A stretch of 64,000 nucleotides of DNA from Desulfobulbaceae bacterium (GTDB taxonomy: Bacteria; Desulfobacterota; Desulfobulbia; Desulfobulbales; SURF-16): positions 3,568 to 67,567 of the forward strand of contig JAQIBE010000263.1 of the NCBI GenBank assembly GCA_027859235.1, written 5' to 3'. Numbering within the stretch: the first letter of the stretch is position 1; each line of letters starts with the position of its first letter. A program made the translations under genes and the position numbers. Shown here one piece after another: positions 9,379-19,863 of the stretch. The notes beneath the pieces are model-generated. The model was not told the origin of the DNA. It saw nothing but the letters and a program-made list of their open reading frames with translations, and did not search any database.

Positions 9379-10986
9379 TTACTCTCTGCACCACGCCTCC
9401 CTGTACAGCTTGATGTATTGATCTTTGACCTTGCTCCACGTATATTTTCTGGCGATGGTCTGCACACCCAGCTGCTGCATTTTGAGGAGGGTTTCCGGTT
9501 TTTTTCTGTACACGTCAAGTCCCTGTTTGATGGCCTGGACAAGGGCCTTGGCCGTATGTTCCTTATAGCCAAATCCTGTCTTGGCGTGCTGTACCTTTAC
9601 CAGACCTCCCACCTGGTGGACAATGGGCAGGTTGCCGTACAGCTGGGCCATGAAGTCCGTGAGGCCGCAGGGCTCAAATTGGGAGGGGATGATGAAGAAA
9701 TCGCCAGCGGCATAGATTTGACTGGCAAGGACAGGGTCATAGCCCTGGAGTATACATACCCGTCCTGCATATTTACTCTCCCTGGTGAGGCTGATGAGCC
9801 CCTGGGCAATTTGCGGATCGCCGGAGCCGAGGATGAGAACCTGCACCTCTTTGTCCACTGGCAGGAGCTGATGTAATGCCTGGGCCAGCTTGTCCATGCC
9901 TTTCTGGCTGCTGAAGCGGCCAATGGAGGTGAGCAGAGGGATGTCTTGTACCTGTTTGAGACTGCCGTGCTGGATAACGGTGGACAGGCTTTTTTTCTGT
10001 AATGTTTTAACCAGATCTTGCCTGCACAACTCTTTACCCTTTAATTCCCCCTTTTTGACGGAATAGGGAGCAGCAAGGTTCAGCTCTGCTGCTGATTCAG
10101 TATTAAAATCACCGGGGTTTATACCATTGGTGATCCCCTGGATTTTAATGTTGCGGCTCATGAGAAAATGGCCGAGCCAGCCCGTGAGTTCATCAGCATT
10201 TGTTTCCCGCAGTTCCCGGGCGTAGTTCTCGCTGACGGTATTGAGGATGGAATGGGCTGATGCGGCAATGAACGGGTCGAATTTGCCGTCCAGGAGATTT
10301 TTATTAACGAAACTGCGCGGCAGCCCTGTAATGGCGTGGGCAAAGGGCAGATCCGCAATTTCCTGATGGTAGCCGATTCCGGCATTGTGAATGGTGGTGA
10401 GGAAGCCGGTGCGTTTGAAGAAATGGCGGAAGCCGTCAATCTCACGGGCCATGGCCGGAACGAGTGCTGTATGCCCATCATGGCAGTGGATAATGTCGGG
10501 TCGGTCGTTACGGTAAATAAGGGCGCAGAGTCCCCCCTTCTGCAAGAGGACATTCATGGCAAAATAGTCATAATGCCCCTGGCCTGCCCTGTTGAACGGG
10601 TTGATCTTTTCCTCATCCCTGGTGTAGGTATACACGCCCATTTTTTCTTTGAAGCGTGGGGAGTCCAGCAGGAAAATCGTTACAGGACCACGATCTTTCG
10701 CCTGGGTTGTTTTGCCCCAAAGCGTAATGGCTTCAGTGCGCTCGCTGTCGGTGTAATTCATGGCCACGGGGAAAGAACCGCGGTTGCTGAAGCCGAGGGT
10801 TTTCGGGTCAATGAACCCGTAGCACGGCATGATCACTGAAACCTTCATGGCTGTGGCTGTTTTCTGTGGGACATTACCCAGGGCTTCAGCCAGTTGCCGA
10901 CAGACATCCTTGACGCCCCCGGCACCGGCGAGACCATCATACTCCCGGGTGATAAAACAGACGTTTTTTAACTGTTTCTTTGCCAT
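9379..10986 (-). CDS. glgA: glycogen/starch synthase (GT5 family)
   Basis: 535 aa. The N-terminal VCFITREYDGLAGAGGVKDV matches the K-x-G-G-L-type motif region. The C-terminal FIIPSQFEPCGLTDFMAQLYG is typical of GlgA. Confidence 0.85.
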   Translation of the reverse strand: MAKKQLKNVCFITREYDGLAGAGGVKDVCRQLAEALGNVPQKTATAMKVSVIMPCYGFIDPKTLGFSNRGSFPVAMNYTDSERTEAITLWGKTTQAKDRGPVTIFLLDSPRFKEKMGVYTYTRDEEKINPFNRAGQGHYDYFAMNVLLQKGGLCALIYRNDRPDIIHCHDGHTALVPAMAREIDGFRHFFKRTGFLTTIHNAGIGYHQEIADLPFAHAITGLPRSFVNKNLLDGKFDPFIAASAHSILNTVSENYARELRETNADELTGWLGHFLMSRNIKIQGITNGINPGDFNTESAAELNLAAPYSVKKGELKGKELCRQDLVKTLQKKSLSTVIQHGSLKQVQDIPLLTSIGRFSSQKGMDKLAQALHQLLPVDKEVQVLILGSGDPQIAQGLISLTRESKYAGRVCILQGYDPVLASQIYAAGDFFIIPSQFEPCGLTDFMAQLYGNLPIVHQVGGLVKVQHAKTGFGYKEHTAKALVQAIKQGLDVYRKKPETLLKMQQLGVQTIARKYTWSKVKDQYIKLYREAWCRE

Positions 10987-11020
10987 TTCCCTCTACCTCT
11001 GTTGTCTACGGATACTCTTC

Positions 11021-12100
11021 TCAGTCCTCAAATCCATCATCCTGAAACAGCTCTTCAGCCTGTTGACGCATGAGATGATCGGCCAGGGTTAGGCACACCA
11101 TGGCTTCACAGACAGGATTGATGCGTGGAATGGCAGCAATGTCATGGCGGCCGCCAATGCGGATTTCAGTGATTTCGTTATCCATATTCACGGTTTGCTG
11201 GGGCTTGTTGATCGACGGGATAGGTTTCACTGCAACCCGCGCAACAATGGGATCACCATTGGAGATCCCGGCCAGAATTCCCCCGGCATTATTGGATGCA
11301 AATCCATCAGGAGTCAGGGAGTCATTGTTTTCAGAACCCCGTGCTGTGGCAGCGGCAAAACCTGAGCCGATTTCCACACCCTTGACCGCGCCAATGGATA
11401 TGAGCGCCCCGGCCAGGTCCGCATCAAGCTTGTTGAATACAGGCTCGCCAAGGCCGGCAGGGCAGCCTGTGGCCATGATCTCAACGATACCGCCAAGGGT
11501 GTCGCCTTCTTTACGCACCTCTTTAATGAGTTTTTCCATCTTCTCAGCCGCCTTGTTGTCAGGACAGCATAACCGGTTTTCATCCAGGGCCTCCATGGAG
11601 AATTGCTCTGCCATGATATTGCCGAGGGCCAGGGTGTAGGCAAACACTTTGATGCCGGAGAATTGCAGGAATTTACGGGCAACAGCGCCAGCCGCAACCC
11701 GCGCCGCTGTCTCCCGCGCTGAGGCGCGGCCTCCTCCGCGATGGTCACGAATGCCATACTTGCAGAAATAGGAAAAATCACCGTGCCCAGGGCGAAAGAT
11801 ATTCTCCAGGTCGGTATAGGATTTTGAATGGGCGTCCTTATTATAGATCACCAGGGTAATGGGTGTGCCTGTAGTGAAATCATTGAAAATACCCGAAAGG
11901 ATCTCCACCTTGTCCGGCTCTTTGCGGGGGCTGGTTGCCCCGCCTTTACCAGGCCTCCTCCGGTCCAGGTCAACCTGAATATCCTCAGCTGTGATGGGAA
12001 TGCCTGCCGGACAACCATCAATGGTGGCACCAATAGCGGTTCCATGGGACTCACCCCACGTGGTTACTCTGAAAACTTGTCCGAATGTATTTCCTGCCAT
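11021..12100 (-). CDS. aroC: chorismate synthase
   Basis: 359 aa with MAGNTFGQVFRVTTWGESHG, GRHDIAAIPRINPV and RPGHGDFSY. Confidence 0.97.
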   Translation of the reverse strand: MAGNTFGQVFRVTTWGESHGTAIGATIDGCPAGIPITAEDIQVDLDRRRPGKGGATSPRKEPDKVEILSGIFNDFTTGTPITLVIYNKDAHSKSYTDLENIFRPGHGDFSYFCKYGIRDHRGGGRASARETAARVAAGAVARKFLQFSGIKVFAYTLALGNIMAEQFSMEALDENRLCCPDNKAAEKMEKLIKEVRKEGDTLGGIVEIMATGCPAGLGEPVFNKLDADLAGALISIGAVKGVEIGSGFAAATARGSENNDSLTPDGFASNNAGGILAGISNGDPIVARVAVKPIPSINKPQQTVNMDNEITEIRIGGRHDIAAIPRINPVCEAMVCLTLADHLMRQQAEELFQDDGFED

Positions 12101-12167
12101 GGTGTATTCCTTATAAATAGGGGCTGCTTGGGTTATGGGTGCTCAGATGCGCAATTATTCTCATGGT

Positions 12168-12695
12168 CTACGTCTTTAAATATTTCATCACCTGGGTGAT
12201 AATATCCTCCGCCGCGTCGGTGGCGTCAAGGGTCAGATGACTACTTGTCTCATAAAGCGGGGTGCGTTCCCTCAGGACCGGTGATACTTCCTGCTGGATG
12301 TCCTCTCCTGTAAGGGATGGCCGTTGGCTGTCTGAAACGGCATCATTGGCCAGCCGCCGGCAAATGGTCTGGATATCCGCCTTGAGCCAGATCACCAGGC
12401 CGCTTTGTTTTAGCGATGGCCAGATATCCTGGTGGAGGATGGCCCCTCCGCCCGTGGCAATGACATGATTTTTCTGGTCGGCCAGTTCAACAAGCATCTC
12501 TTTTTCCCGCTGTCTGAAATAATCCCAGCCATGCTGTTGTACCATGTCAGCAATGCATCGGCCTTCCTGCTGTTCAATGGCCTGGTCGACATCAACGAAA
12601 GAAAACCCCAAGCGGTCAGCAAGGAGGCGGCCGACAGTGGTCTTGCCTGTGGCACGGTAGCCGATAAGGATAATATTGACAGGGTTTGTTGCCAT
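12168..12695 (-). CDS. aroK: shikimate kinase
   Basis: 175 aa with NIILIGYRATGKTTVGRLLADRLGFSFVDVD and VIATGGGAIL. Confidence 0.93.
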   Translation of the reverse strand: MATNPVNIILIGYRATGKTTVGRLLADRLGFSFVDVDQAIEQQEGRCIADMVQQHGWDYFRQREKEMLVELADQKNHVIATGGGAILHQDIWPSLKQSGLVIWLKADIQTICRRLANDAVSDSQRPSLTGEDIQQEVSPVLRERTPLYETSSHLTLDATDAAEDIITQVMKYLKT

Positions 12696-12955
12696 GGTCT
12701 TAGTTCGCGGGGTAAAGGTTTCTCAAATGTTTCTATCATAAAAACAGGTTGGCTCAAAGAAAGGAATTGTTTTCACACGGATTCCCGGAGATCTCATTGT
12801 TTTTGGTGTGAAAAAAAGGTGATGCGTTTGCTGCTGCGATTAATATGATCCATATTTGATATGTACACGATCTGATCGTTTGGTGTATGGTTAATCGTGC
12901 TGTTTATGTGGTTAGGCTGTCCTGTTTTAGAATACCTTGTGTTTTTATTCAATAA

Positions 12956-14782
12956 GTGAGTTTCATGATGCAAAATACCGCGGGTTTCCGCCAGGCAATA
13001 TCCTTTGACGATCTCTTAAAAGACAATGAGCATATCGTTATTGTTGATGATGATAATATGATTCGGGAACCGTTGGCCGAGTATTTGGAGGAGAGTGGTT
13101 TTCCTGTGCTCGAGGCAAGAAATGCGCATGAATTACGTCAGGTTATGGTGCGGGAAAGTGTTGGCCTGATTCTCCTGGACATTGGTCTTCCCGATGAGGA
13201 TGGCGCCTCGCTTATCCCTGAACTTCTCGTGGGCCATCCTGGTACGGCTATAATTATGTTGTCCGGGGTGGCAGATCTCCATGTTGCCATTGATTGTATT
13301 CGTAGCGGGGCAGACGATTATCTCGCGAAGCCTGTTAAGTTCAATGAAATTCTGATTATTGTCAAAAAGGTTCTTGAGAAACGCCGCCTTGTCTTTGATA
13401 ACCAAAAATATCAGGCGGATTTGGAACAGGCTAATTTCCGTTTTGAATTACTCCATCAACTTTCCTTAAAGATTAACTCGGTACATCTGACGACCTCAGA
13501 GCTGGATAAGGTTCTGTATGCTATTTTAGTGGGGATAACCGCCAATGAGGGGTTGCGCTTTAACCGCGCCTTTTTAGCGCTTTTTGACGGGAATAATGTC
13601 TTGACCGGGCGTTTGGCTATTGGTCCATCCTGTCGGGAAGAAGCCGCGGATATCTGGGCGGAATTACAAGGAACCGAGTTGAATTTCCTGGATATGGTTG
13701 ACTCCATGCATGGCTGTATGGACCGGGATACAACGGTGCGGTCCATTGTTGAGCAATTATCTATCCCCGCAGAGGATACGGGTCATGTTTTGGTGCGGTC
13801 GGCGCTGGAGCATAAGAGTTATCTTGTTCAGGACGGGCAGTGTGAGGTGGATGTCCCCCCAGAGTTGGTGACGCTCCTGGGTGAGAGAGACTTTGTTATT
13901 GTGCCGTTATTCTCAGCCAAGCGACCTCTCGGGGTTATTATTGCGGATAATTATGTCATGCATAATCCGATTTCAGCCGCTGATGTTCTCATGCTGGAGC
14001 TTTTCGGTAGTCAGGTGAGTCTGGCTCTTGAGCATAGCCAGTTGCATCATGATATGCAGTCCAAGATTTCTGAGTTACAAGAGGTCACCCATGAGTTGGA
14101 GCACAATAAAGATCTCCTTGTTGAGGCTGAGCGTTATTCCGCCTTGGGCCAGATGGCAGCGCAGATGGTGCATGTCCTGCGTAACCCTATCACCTCCATC
14201 GGCGGCGTGTGCCGGATTCTGGCGAAGAAGATTAATGGCGAAAATTGGGGACGTTATCTCGATGTCATGATCAAAGAAACAGCGCGACTTGAGGGAACAC
14301 TGAGTGATCTGGTCGATTTTGTCAGCCAGGTTGAGCCTGAAAAGACAGTGGCTCCCCTCTACCCTGTTTTGCAGAAGACATTAATGTTGGTGCAGCCCAC
14401 CATGCTGAAACAGGATGTGAAATGGGAGATTGACCTGGACGGGGATGATCCCGAGGTGGATATGGATGTCCGCCAGGTGCGCCAGATGTTTTTACATATT
14501 GTTCGTAATGGCTTGGAGGCCATGGAGGAACATGGCGGTGTTCTCAGAGTGGTTGGGCGAGTTCAAGGTGACAAGGTGGTTGTCGCCATTAAAGATACCG
14601 GGATTGGCATGGCTGAAGTCAATATTGCCAGGGCCAAAGATGCTTTTTTCACCACTAAAACCTATGGCAGCGGTATGGGGCTTGCCATGGTGGAACGCAT
14701 TGTTGAGAGTCATGGCGGTGAATTTAACTTGAAGCGTCATGATCAGGGTATGGAGGCGGTGGTGACGTTGCCTATTGCCTAA
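12956..14782 (+). CDS. hybrid signal-transduction protein: receiver (REC) + GAF-like + HisKA + HATPase_c histidine kinase
   Basis: 608 aa. The REC domain shows IVIVDDDNMIREPL...LDIGLPDEDG...AKP. The H-box is QMVHVLRNPITSIGG. The G-boxes are DTGIGM and GSGMGLAMV. The track start is a GTG at 12956, with ATGs at 12965 and 12968 as alternatives. Confidence 0.88.
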   Translation: MSFMMQNTAGFRQAISFDDLLKDNEHIVIVDDDNMIREPLAEYLEESGFPVLEARNAHELRQVMVRESVGLILLDIGLPDEDGASLIPELLVGHPGTAIIMLSGVADLHVAIDCIRSGADDYLAKPVKFNEILIIVKKVLEKRRLVFDNQKYQADLEQANFRFELLHQLSLKINSVHLTTSELDKVLYAILVGITANEGLRFNRAFLALFDGNNVLTGRLAIGPSCREEAADIWAELQGTELNFLDMVDSMHGCMDRDTTVRSIVEQLSIPAEDTGHVLVRSALEHKSYLVQDGQCEVDVPPELVTLLGERDFVIVPLFSAKRPLGVIIADNYVMHNPISAADVLMLELFGSQVSLALEHSQLHHDMQSKISELQEVTHELEHNKDLLVEAERYSALGQMAAQMVHVLRNPITSIGGVCRILAKKINGENWGRYLDVMIKETARLEGTLSDLVDFVSQVEPEKTVAPLYPVLQKTLMLVQPTMLKQDVKWEIDLDGDDPEVDMDVRQVRQMFLHIVRNGLEAMEEHGGVLRVVGRVQGDKVVVAIKDTGIGMAEVNIARAKDAFFTTKTYGSGMGLAMVERIVESHGGEFNLKRHDQGMEAVVTLPIA

Positions 14783-14901
14783 CTCTGAGTTGTAAATGGT
14801 GACCAGTTTTCAGCACAGCTCTTTACGCATTCTCTGTTGTTTGTCCGCATACCCGTATTCCTCTGTTCCTCCCTCCCCCGGGGCTATGCATATTGATTTG
14901 C

Positions 14902-16353
14902 TCACCGCTTCTCAGACCCCGTAAATGCTGAGAGAATAACAGCGGCAGCGCCAATTCCCAGAAAGCAGTAATACGAAAACCGCAGGCTCATTATGAAGGC
15001 GCCGGCCTGCTGATCGGTGTAGTGCTTCATGTCCAGTCCTCCGCTGAAATGCGAGAAAAACAGTGAAAAGGCGAAGCTTGCAAGGGAAATTCCGGCAAGC
15101 ATGCCAAGGGTACGCCCGGTGGACAGAATGGCTGAGACCGTACCTGTGTGTCTGCTTGCAGTTTGCCGCAGAACCATAGTGGAGTTTGGCGAGATAAACA
15201 GGGCCAACCCAACGCCGAAAAATGTTAGACGCAGGGCAACCATAATGGGGGGTGTGTCCACGGATAAGGTGGTGAAGGAAAATAGTCCTGCGGCACAAAG
15301 GCTAAGGCCGCAGGTTGCCACAAGCCTGGCGTCTGTTTTATCGGCAAGCCATCCGGCAATTGGTGCCGTGATGAGGGCTGTGATGGGGATGGCCAGCATC
15401 ACCATGCCGATCTTTGAACTTGAGATATGCAGTACCATGCTCAGATAAAACGGGGTGAGGATGAGGACTGAAAAGAGGCAGAGAAAGGCCATGGCCAAAG
15501 TGATTGAGCCAATGAGGAGGGATCTCTGCTGAAAGAGTTTTGTTGGGATGAGCGGCAATGTGGAGGTGGAATTGCCATTGAAGGACAGGCTGGACTCGCG
15601 GCGGATAAAGAGAATCAGCGCCACGCAGCTCAGCAGGGTTCCGAGAACTAAAAGTTTTGGTTGTATGTCTTGGTGGGTTGCATGGCTCAGGGTATAGGTT
15701 GATGAGGTGAGCAGTATGGTCCACCATACCCCCCCCAGCCAGTCAAAAGGCTGGCTGGGGGGGGGCGGGGCAGAACGGGTGAGTGTCTTCAGGGAAATTA
15801 AAGCCGCCACGGTGCAGATCGGTACCGGCAGTAGAAACAACGTCTGCCATGAGTGATACTCAATGATGAAACCGCCCACTGCTGGCCCAACCATGAGGCC
15901 TAGTGCTGTGGCAATGCCCATTAATCCAAGGGATCGGCCAAGTTCTGCCGATCCAAAGGCCGATTTGATCATGGCTGGGCCGTTGGCCATGAGCATGGCG
16001 GCGCCTAAACCCTGAAAGAATCGACAACCCACCAGAAAGTCAAGGCTGGTTGCTCTGGAGCAGAAAAATGAGCCGGTTCCAAAGATGAAGAGCCCTGCCG
16101 TATAGAGGTTCTCCCGGCCAAAGCGCTGGGCCAGGTGTCCCCAGAAGAGCATGGTCACCGAGGTGGTGAGGAGGTACATCAGCACCACCCAGCCTGTTTG
16201 TCCCAGGCTGGAATTGAAATCATCCATGATATAGGGCAGACTGATATTTACCATGGAGCTGTCCATGGTGGAAAAAAAGACACCTGCCGAAACAAGGAAG
16301 AAAACCAGCCACTTGTTCGGTTGGTGTATGACTTTTCCTGTTTCTTGACCCAT
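14902..16353 (-). CDS. MFS transporter (DHA2/EmrB-like, about 14 TM segments)
   Basis: 483 aa, very hydrophobic. The N-terminal FFSTMDSSMVNISLPYI and GHLAQRFGRENLY are typical of DHA2 drug/H+ antiporters. Confidence 0.8.
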   Translation of the reverse strand: MGQETGKVIHQPNKWLVFFLVSAGVFFSTMDSSMVNISLPYIMDDFNSSLGQTGWVVLMYLLTTSVTMLFWGHLAQRFGRENLYTAGLFIFGTGSFFCSRATSLDFLVGCRFFQGLGAAMLMANGPAMIKSAFGSAELGRSLGLMGIATALGLMVGPAVGGFIIEYHSWQTLFLLPVPICTVAALISLKTLTRSAPPPPSQPFDWLGGVWWTILLTSSTYTLSHATHQDIQPKLLVLGTLLSCVALILFIRRESSLSFNGNSTSTLPLIPTKLFQQRSLLIGSITLAMAFLCLFSVLILTPFYLSMVLHISSSKIGMVMLAIPITALITAPIAGWLADKTDARLVATCGLSLCAAGLFSFTTLSVDTPPIMVALRLTFFGVGLALFISPNSTMVLRQTASRHTGTVSAILSTGRTLGMLAGISLASFAFSLFFSHFSGGLDMKHYTDQQAGAFIMSLRFSYYCFLGIGAAAVILSAFTGSEKR

Positions 16354-16554
16354 GATTTTTTTTATTCGTCTTTTCTTTGTGGAATTTATTCAGTAAAGAT
16401 ACATCTATACATGCATACGGTAACGATTCCGCACGAGCCGCCGTGTTCCCGGCGCTTTACTCTGTCTGGGATATATTAGACGCCAGTACGAATTTGCATA
16501 TTACATAACTACATAAGATACTTTTTAAATTTTTAACATACATAGGTAAAAACA

Positions 16555-17055
16555 ATGAGAAAAAAATTACCCGTTACACTCGTCAGCATATTGGTTGTGG
16601 TTTGTTATTTATTGATAGGGGGGCAATCCCTCTATGCTGCAACGCCTATGCCCCATTTCAGCCTGTCTGATGCTGAAAGCGGAAAACCGGTGGATTCAGA
16701 CTCTTTTTCTGGGAAGGCTAAGCTGGTTGTCTTTTTTGCGACATGGTGCCCGCCCTGTATGGAGGAGGTGCCCATCTTAAAGCAACTTCAGAAGGAGTAT
16801 GGGCAGGATGACTTTACGGTTGTTGGTTTGTCGGTGGACCAGCAAGTGGGAGATGTGCAGCGGTTTATTAAGCGAATCGAGGTGAATTACCCGGTGCTGA
16901 TGGCCGACCGGCAAGTCATAAAAGGTTTTGGCGGGATTCCTGGTGTACCGGTGACCTTTTTGGTGAGCAAAGAGGGCAATGTATTACGGACCTATCCCGG
17001 TCTGGTTCCTCACAAGCTTCTGGAACGGGAAGTGAAGAAAATGCTCGAGAAATAA
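16555..17055 (+). CDS. TlpA/ResA-like thiol:disulfide oxidoreductase (thioredoxin fold, secreted)
   Basis: 166 aa with a signal peptide, then FFATWCPPCMEEVP (a WCxxC motif). Confidence 0.88.
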   Translation: MRKKLPVTLVSILVVVCYLLIGGQSLYAATPMPHFSLSDAESGKPVDSDSFSGKAKLVVFFATWCPPCMEEVPILKQLQKEYGQDDFTVVGLSVDQQVGDVQRFIKRIEVNYPVLMADRQVIKGFGGIPGVPVTFLVSKEGNVLRTYPGLVPHKLLEREVKKMLEK

Positions 17056-17214
17056 GGGCGATAGGCGTTCACACTTAGGTGTGAATGGTCATTCATTTTC
17101 TGATTGACAACCGTTTTTTGATCAGGTAGTGATTGTTCTATTCAATATTAATGCATTGTTTTTGGCCTTGAATAAGTCAGGGCAAAAGAAAATCTGAGAG
17201 AAAGGAGATTTAGA

Positions 17215-17421
17215 ATGAAAAAAGTATTAGCTGTAGCAATGGCAATGGCCCTCACCGCATCTGTAGCTTCTGTAAGCATGGCTTCTCGTTATGTAAAGTG
17301 TACCGTTACATCGGTAGAGGACAGCATTGTAACTATGGATTGTAAAAAAGCGGATAAGCTTTCTGCTGGTCAAGATGTAAAAGTTAAAGCTGCGAAGAGA
17401 AGAGCTATCGAAGGTTGCTAA
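17215..17421 (+). CDS. small secreted hypothetical protein
   Basis: 68 aa. AAGGAG lies 7 nt upstream. The signal peptide is MKKVLAVAMAMALTASVASVSMA. A T-rich hairpin follows. Confidence 0.6.
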   Translation: MKKVLAVAMAMALTASVASVSMASRYVKCTVTSVEDSIVTMDCKKADKLSAGQDVKVKAAKRRAIEGC

Positions 17422-17824
17422 GCTTTTTTTTCGGAAGGCTCGTTTAGCTTTTTAAAGTCATCTGTCCTGATTGGGCAGGTGACTTTTTTTGTTTAGGGCC
17501 GGTTCTTTTTTTAGAGAAAGGCAGCGCACAGGGACTTCGCTTAAAGATTCATGCTGGAGATCACCAACGCTTTCGGTCTGAGCTATGCTGTTCAGCTCTG
17601 GTGCCCATGAGCTCCAGTCTTGTAAATTGTCCCCTCCAGGTAAAAAAAACGTGCATGGGCTGACGGATTGAGCGTCGGGAAAAGAGGTGGGACCGGCACC
17701 GGAACACAGCTCAAGGTCCCCCTGTTGCGGTGAAGTTGACAATAGATACGATGTCTACTACAAACAATAACTTAGGAATAGACAACCTGGCAGGACATGA
17801 GGCCAATGACGTGGAGAGTGATGA

Positions 17825-19117
17825 GTGAAGCATAAACCCTCAGCGATAAATATAATCTGGTTGGGAATGGTTTTGATAGCCACGGTTGTGGCGTCCTATA
17901 CCGGCACCATGGATGCGGTGACCAAGGCGTCGTTTGATTCAGCCAAGGCGGGTGTCGTCCTGGCCATCGGCCTCATCGGTCCCATGGCCCTTTGGCTCGG
18001 CGTGATGAAGGTGGCGGAGGCGGGAGGGATGATGCGTATTGTGGCCCGGGGCGTTCGCCCGGTGATGGTCCGCCTATTTCCTGAAATACCTCCTGAACAC
18101 CCGGCCATGTCAGCCATTGTGATGAATATGGCGGCGAATGCCCTCGGCCTTGGCAATGCGGCGACGCCAATGGGGATCAAGGCCATGCAGGAGTTGGAAA
18201 AGCTTGCGCCTAAAAAGGGTACCGCGACGAATTCCATGTGTTTGTTCCTGGCGATCAATACCTCCTCGGTGACCATCCTGCCGTTGGGGGTGATTACGGT
18301 AAGGGCCGCGGCCGGGGCGACGTCGCCAGCCGCGATTCTGATTCCGGCCTTCGCGGCCACCTGTTGTTCCACTGTTGTGGCCATTACCATGTCAAAAATA
18401 TTATCACGCCGCAACGAACAACTCTCGGTCGGTCAGCTCGACCAAACTGCAGAGGTTGCGGCCCCGACGGAACCGGTCGAGCTCTGTCCGCCCGGAATCT
18501 GGGGCAGGGGGTTTGTCTGGCTCTGTGTGCTGGCCTTTGTCGGGGGGATCGGTTTCCAGGTAAGTCAGCAGAGTCCCGCTTCTCTTTTTGTGCCGGCTAA
18601 CCTGAATATTATTTCCAATTGGTTGGTGCCGGTTTTACTCTCCTTTCTCCTTATCTTTGGCTATCTCCGCGGGGTTAAGGTGTATGAAACGCTGACGGAA
18701 GGCGCCAAAGAAGGTTTTGCCACGGCCATCCGTATTATCCCCTTCATGGTGGCTATATTTGTGGCCATTGGCATGTTCAGGGCCAGTGGCGCCATGGACC
18801 TCCTCATCCATGTCTTCTCACCCCTGACCAGTCTCATCCATATGCCGGCTGAGGCTTTATCCATGGCCTTTATGCGGCCATTATCCGGGAGCGGTGCCTT
18901 CGGGGTCATGAGTGAGATTGTCAGCCAGGACCCGGACTCCTTTCTCTCGTTTCTCGTGTCCACCATGCAGGGGTCAACTGAAACAACATTTTATGTCCTC
19001 GCCGTCTATTTCGGCAGTGTCGGGATTAGGCGAACCCGTCATGCCCTGCCGGCCGCCCTCTGTGCCGATGCAACCGGGATTCTGGCTGCGGTTTTGATTT
19101 GCAACCTCTGGTGGTAG
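17825..19117 (+). CDS. nucleoside-recognition (Gate) domain membrane protein, SpmA/SpmB-like fusion
   Basis: 430 aa, polytopic. AANALGLGNAATPMGIKAMQEL and the C-terminal half STMQGSTETTFYVLAVYFG are typical SpmA and SpmB motifs. Confidence 0.75.
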   Translation: MKHKPSAINIIWLGMVLIATVVASYTGTMDAVTKASFDSAKAGVVLAIGLIGPMALWLGVMKVAEAGGMMRIVARGVRPVMVRLFPEIPPEHPAMSAIVMNMAANALGLGNAATPMGIKAMQELEKLAPKKGTATNSMCLFLAINTSSVTILPLGVITVRAAAGATSPAAILIPAFAATCCSTVVAITMSKILSRRNEQLSVGQLDQTAEVAAPTEPVELCPPGIWGRGFVWLCVLAFVGGIGFQVSQQSPASLFVPANLNIISNWLVPVLLSFLLIFGYLRGVKVYETLTEGAKEGFATAIRIIPFMVAIFVAIGMFRASGAMDLLIHVFSPLTSLIHMPAEALSMAFMRPLSGSGAFGVMSEIVSQDPDSFLSFLVSTMQGSTETTFYVLAVYFGSVGIRRTRHALPAALCADATGILAAVLICNLWW

Positions 19118-19132
19118 CGAGGTGTTTGGTGT

Positions 19133-19666
19133 TTAGCGGGATGACGGTGTTGAGCCCTTTTTTTTGGCAACTCTCCGTTTCCTCTCCAGCCAACGCCGGA
19201 TGATATGCAACCGCCAGAGAATCCGTGTGGCAATAATGCAACCGATTCCCCCGCATAACCCGATGATGAAGCAGCCGAGGAAGAGGGCTGGGTAATGATT
19301 CATAAACCATTCGACATTGAGTCTGGCTGGCGGAATATTTTGTTGTCCCAGGATGAATGCCCCCAGCTTATAGGCAGGGTAATAGAGGGCGACCCAGGTT
19401 AAGGGATTTGAAATCCAGACGATCATGATGGCGGCCGGCAGGTTAAAGCGAAAGCAGATGGCCAGTATGGCGGCAACCGCCATCTGCATGGGGATGGGCA
19501 GATAGCCGATGAAAAAACCGCAGCCGAGGCCGATGGAAATGGTGTTTTTGTTGAGGTACCAGATATGCGGGTCAAAGAGGCGACTACCAAATAGTTTACG
19601 TAAAAAAAGGTTTTCCCTGAGGACTGTTCTTTGGGGTAGAAGTTTTTTGAGTCTTTTTTTAGGCAT
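19133..19666 (-). CDS. DUF2062 family membrane protein
   Basis: 177 aa. LFDPHIWYLNKNTISIGLGCGFFIGYLPIPMQM matches my recollection of DUF2062. Confidence 0.7.
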   Translation of the reverse strand: MPKKRLKKLLPQRTVLRENLFLRKLFGSRLFDPHIWYLNKNTISIGLGCGFFIGYLPIPMQMAVAAILAICFRFNLPAAIMIVWISNPLTWVALYYPAYKLGAFILGQQNIPPARLNVEWFMNHYPALFLGCFIIGLCGGIGCIIATRILWRLHIIRRWLERKRRVAKKKGSTPSSR

Positions 19667-19863
19667 GGATGAAATAGGTGTCGGCAGAAGTTTGTTAAGA
19701 TAAAAAACTATAGCACACCTGGCCTAGTTACTCTGTATAATCTATTGAGATAGAATATCGATCAGGATAGTCTGTCATTTTCCCCGGTTCCATCTTGCTG
19801 TTACTCGCCTGAAGGGGGGGGGGTAACCTTGAACAGGAACAATAAATTAAGGTTGGAGGGTAT

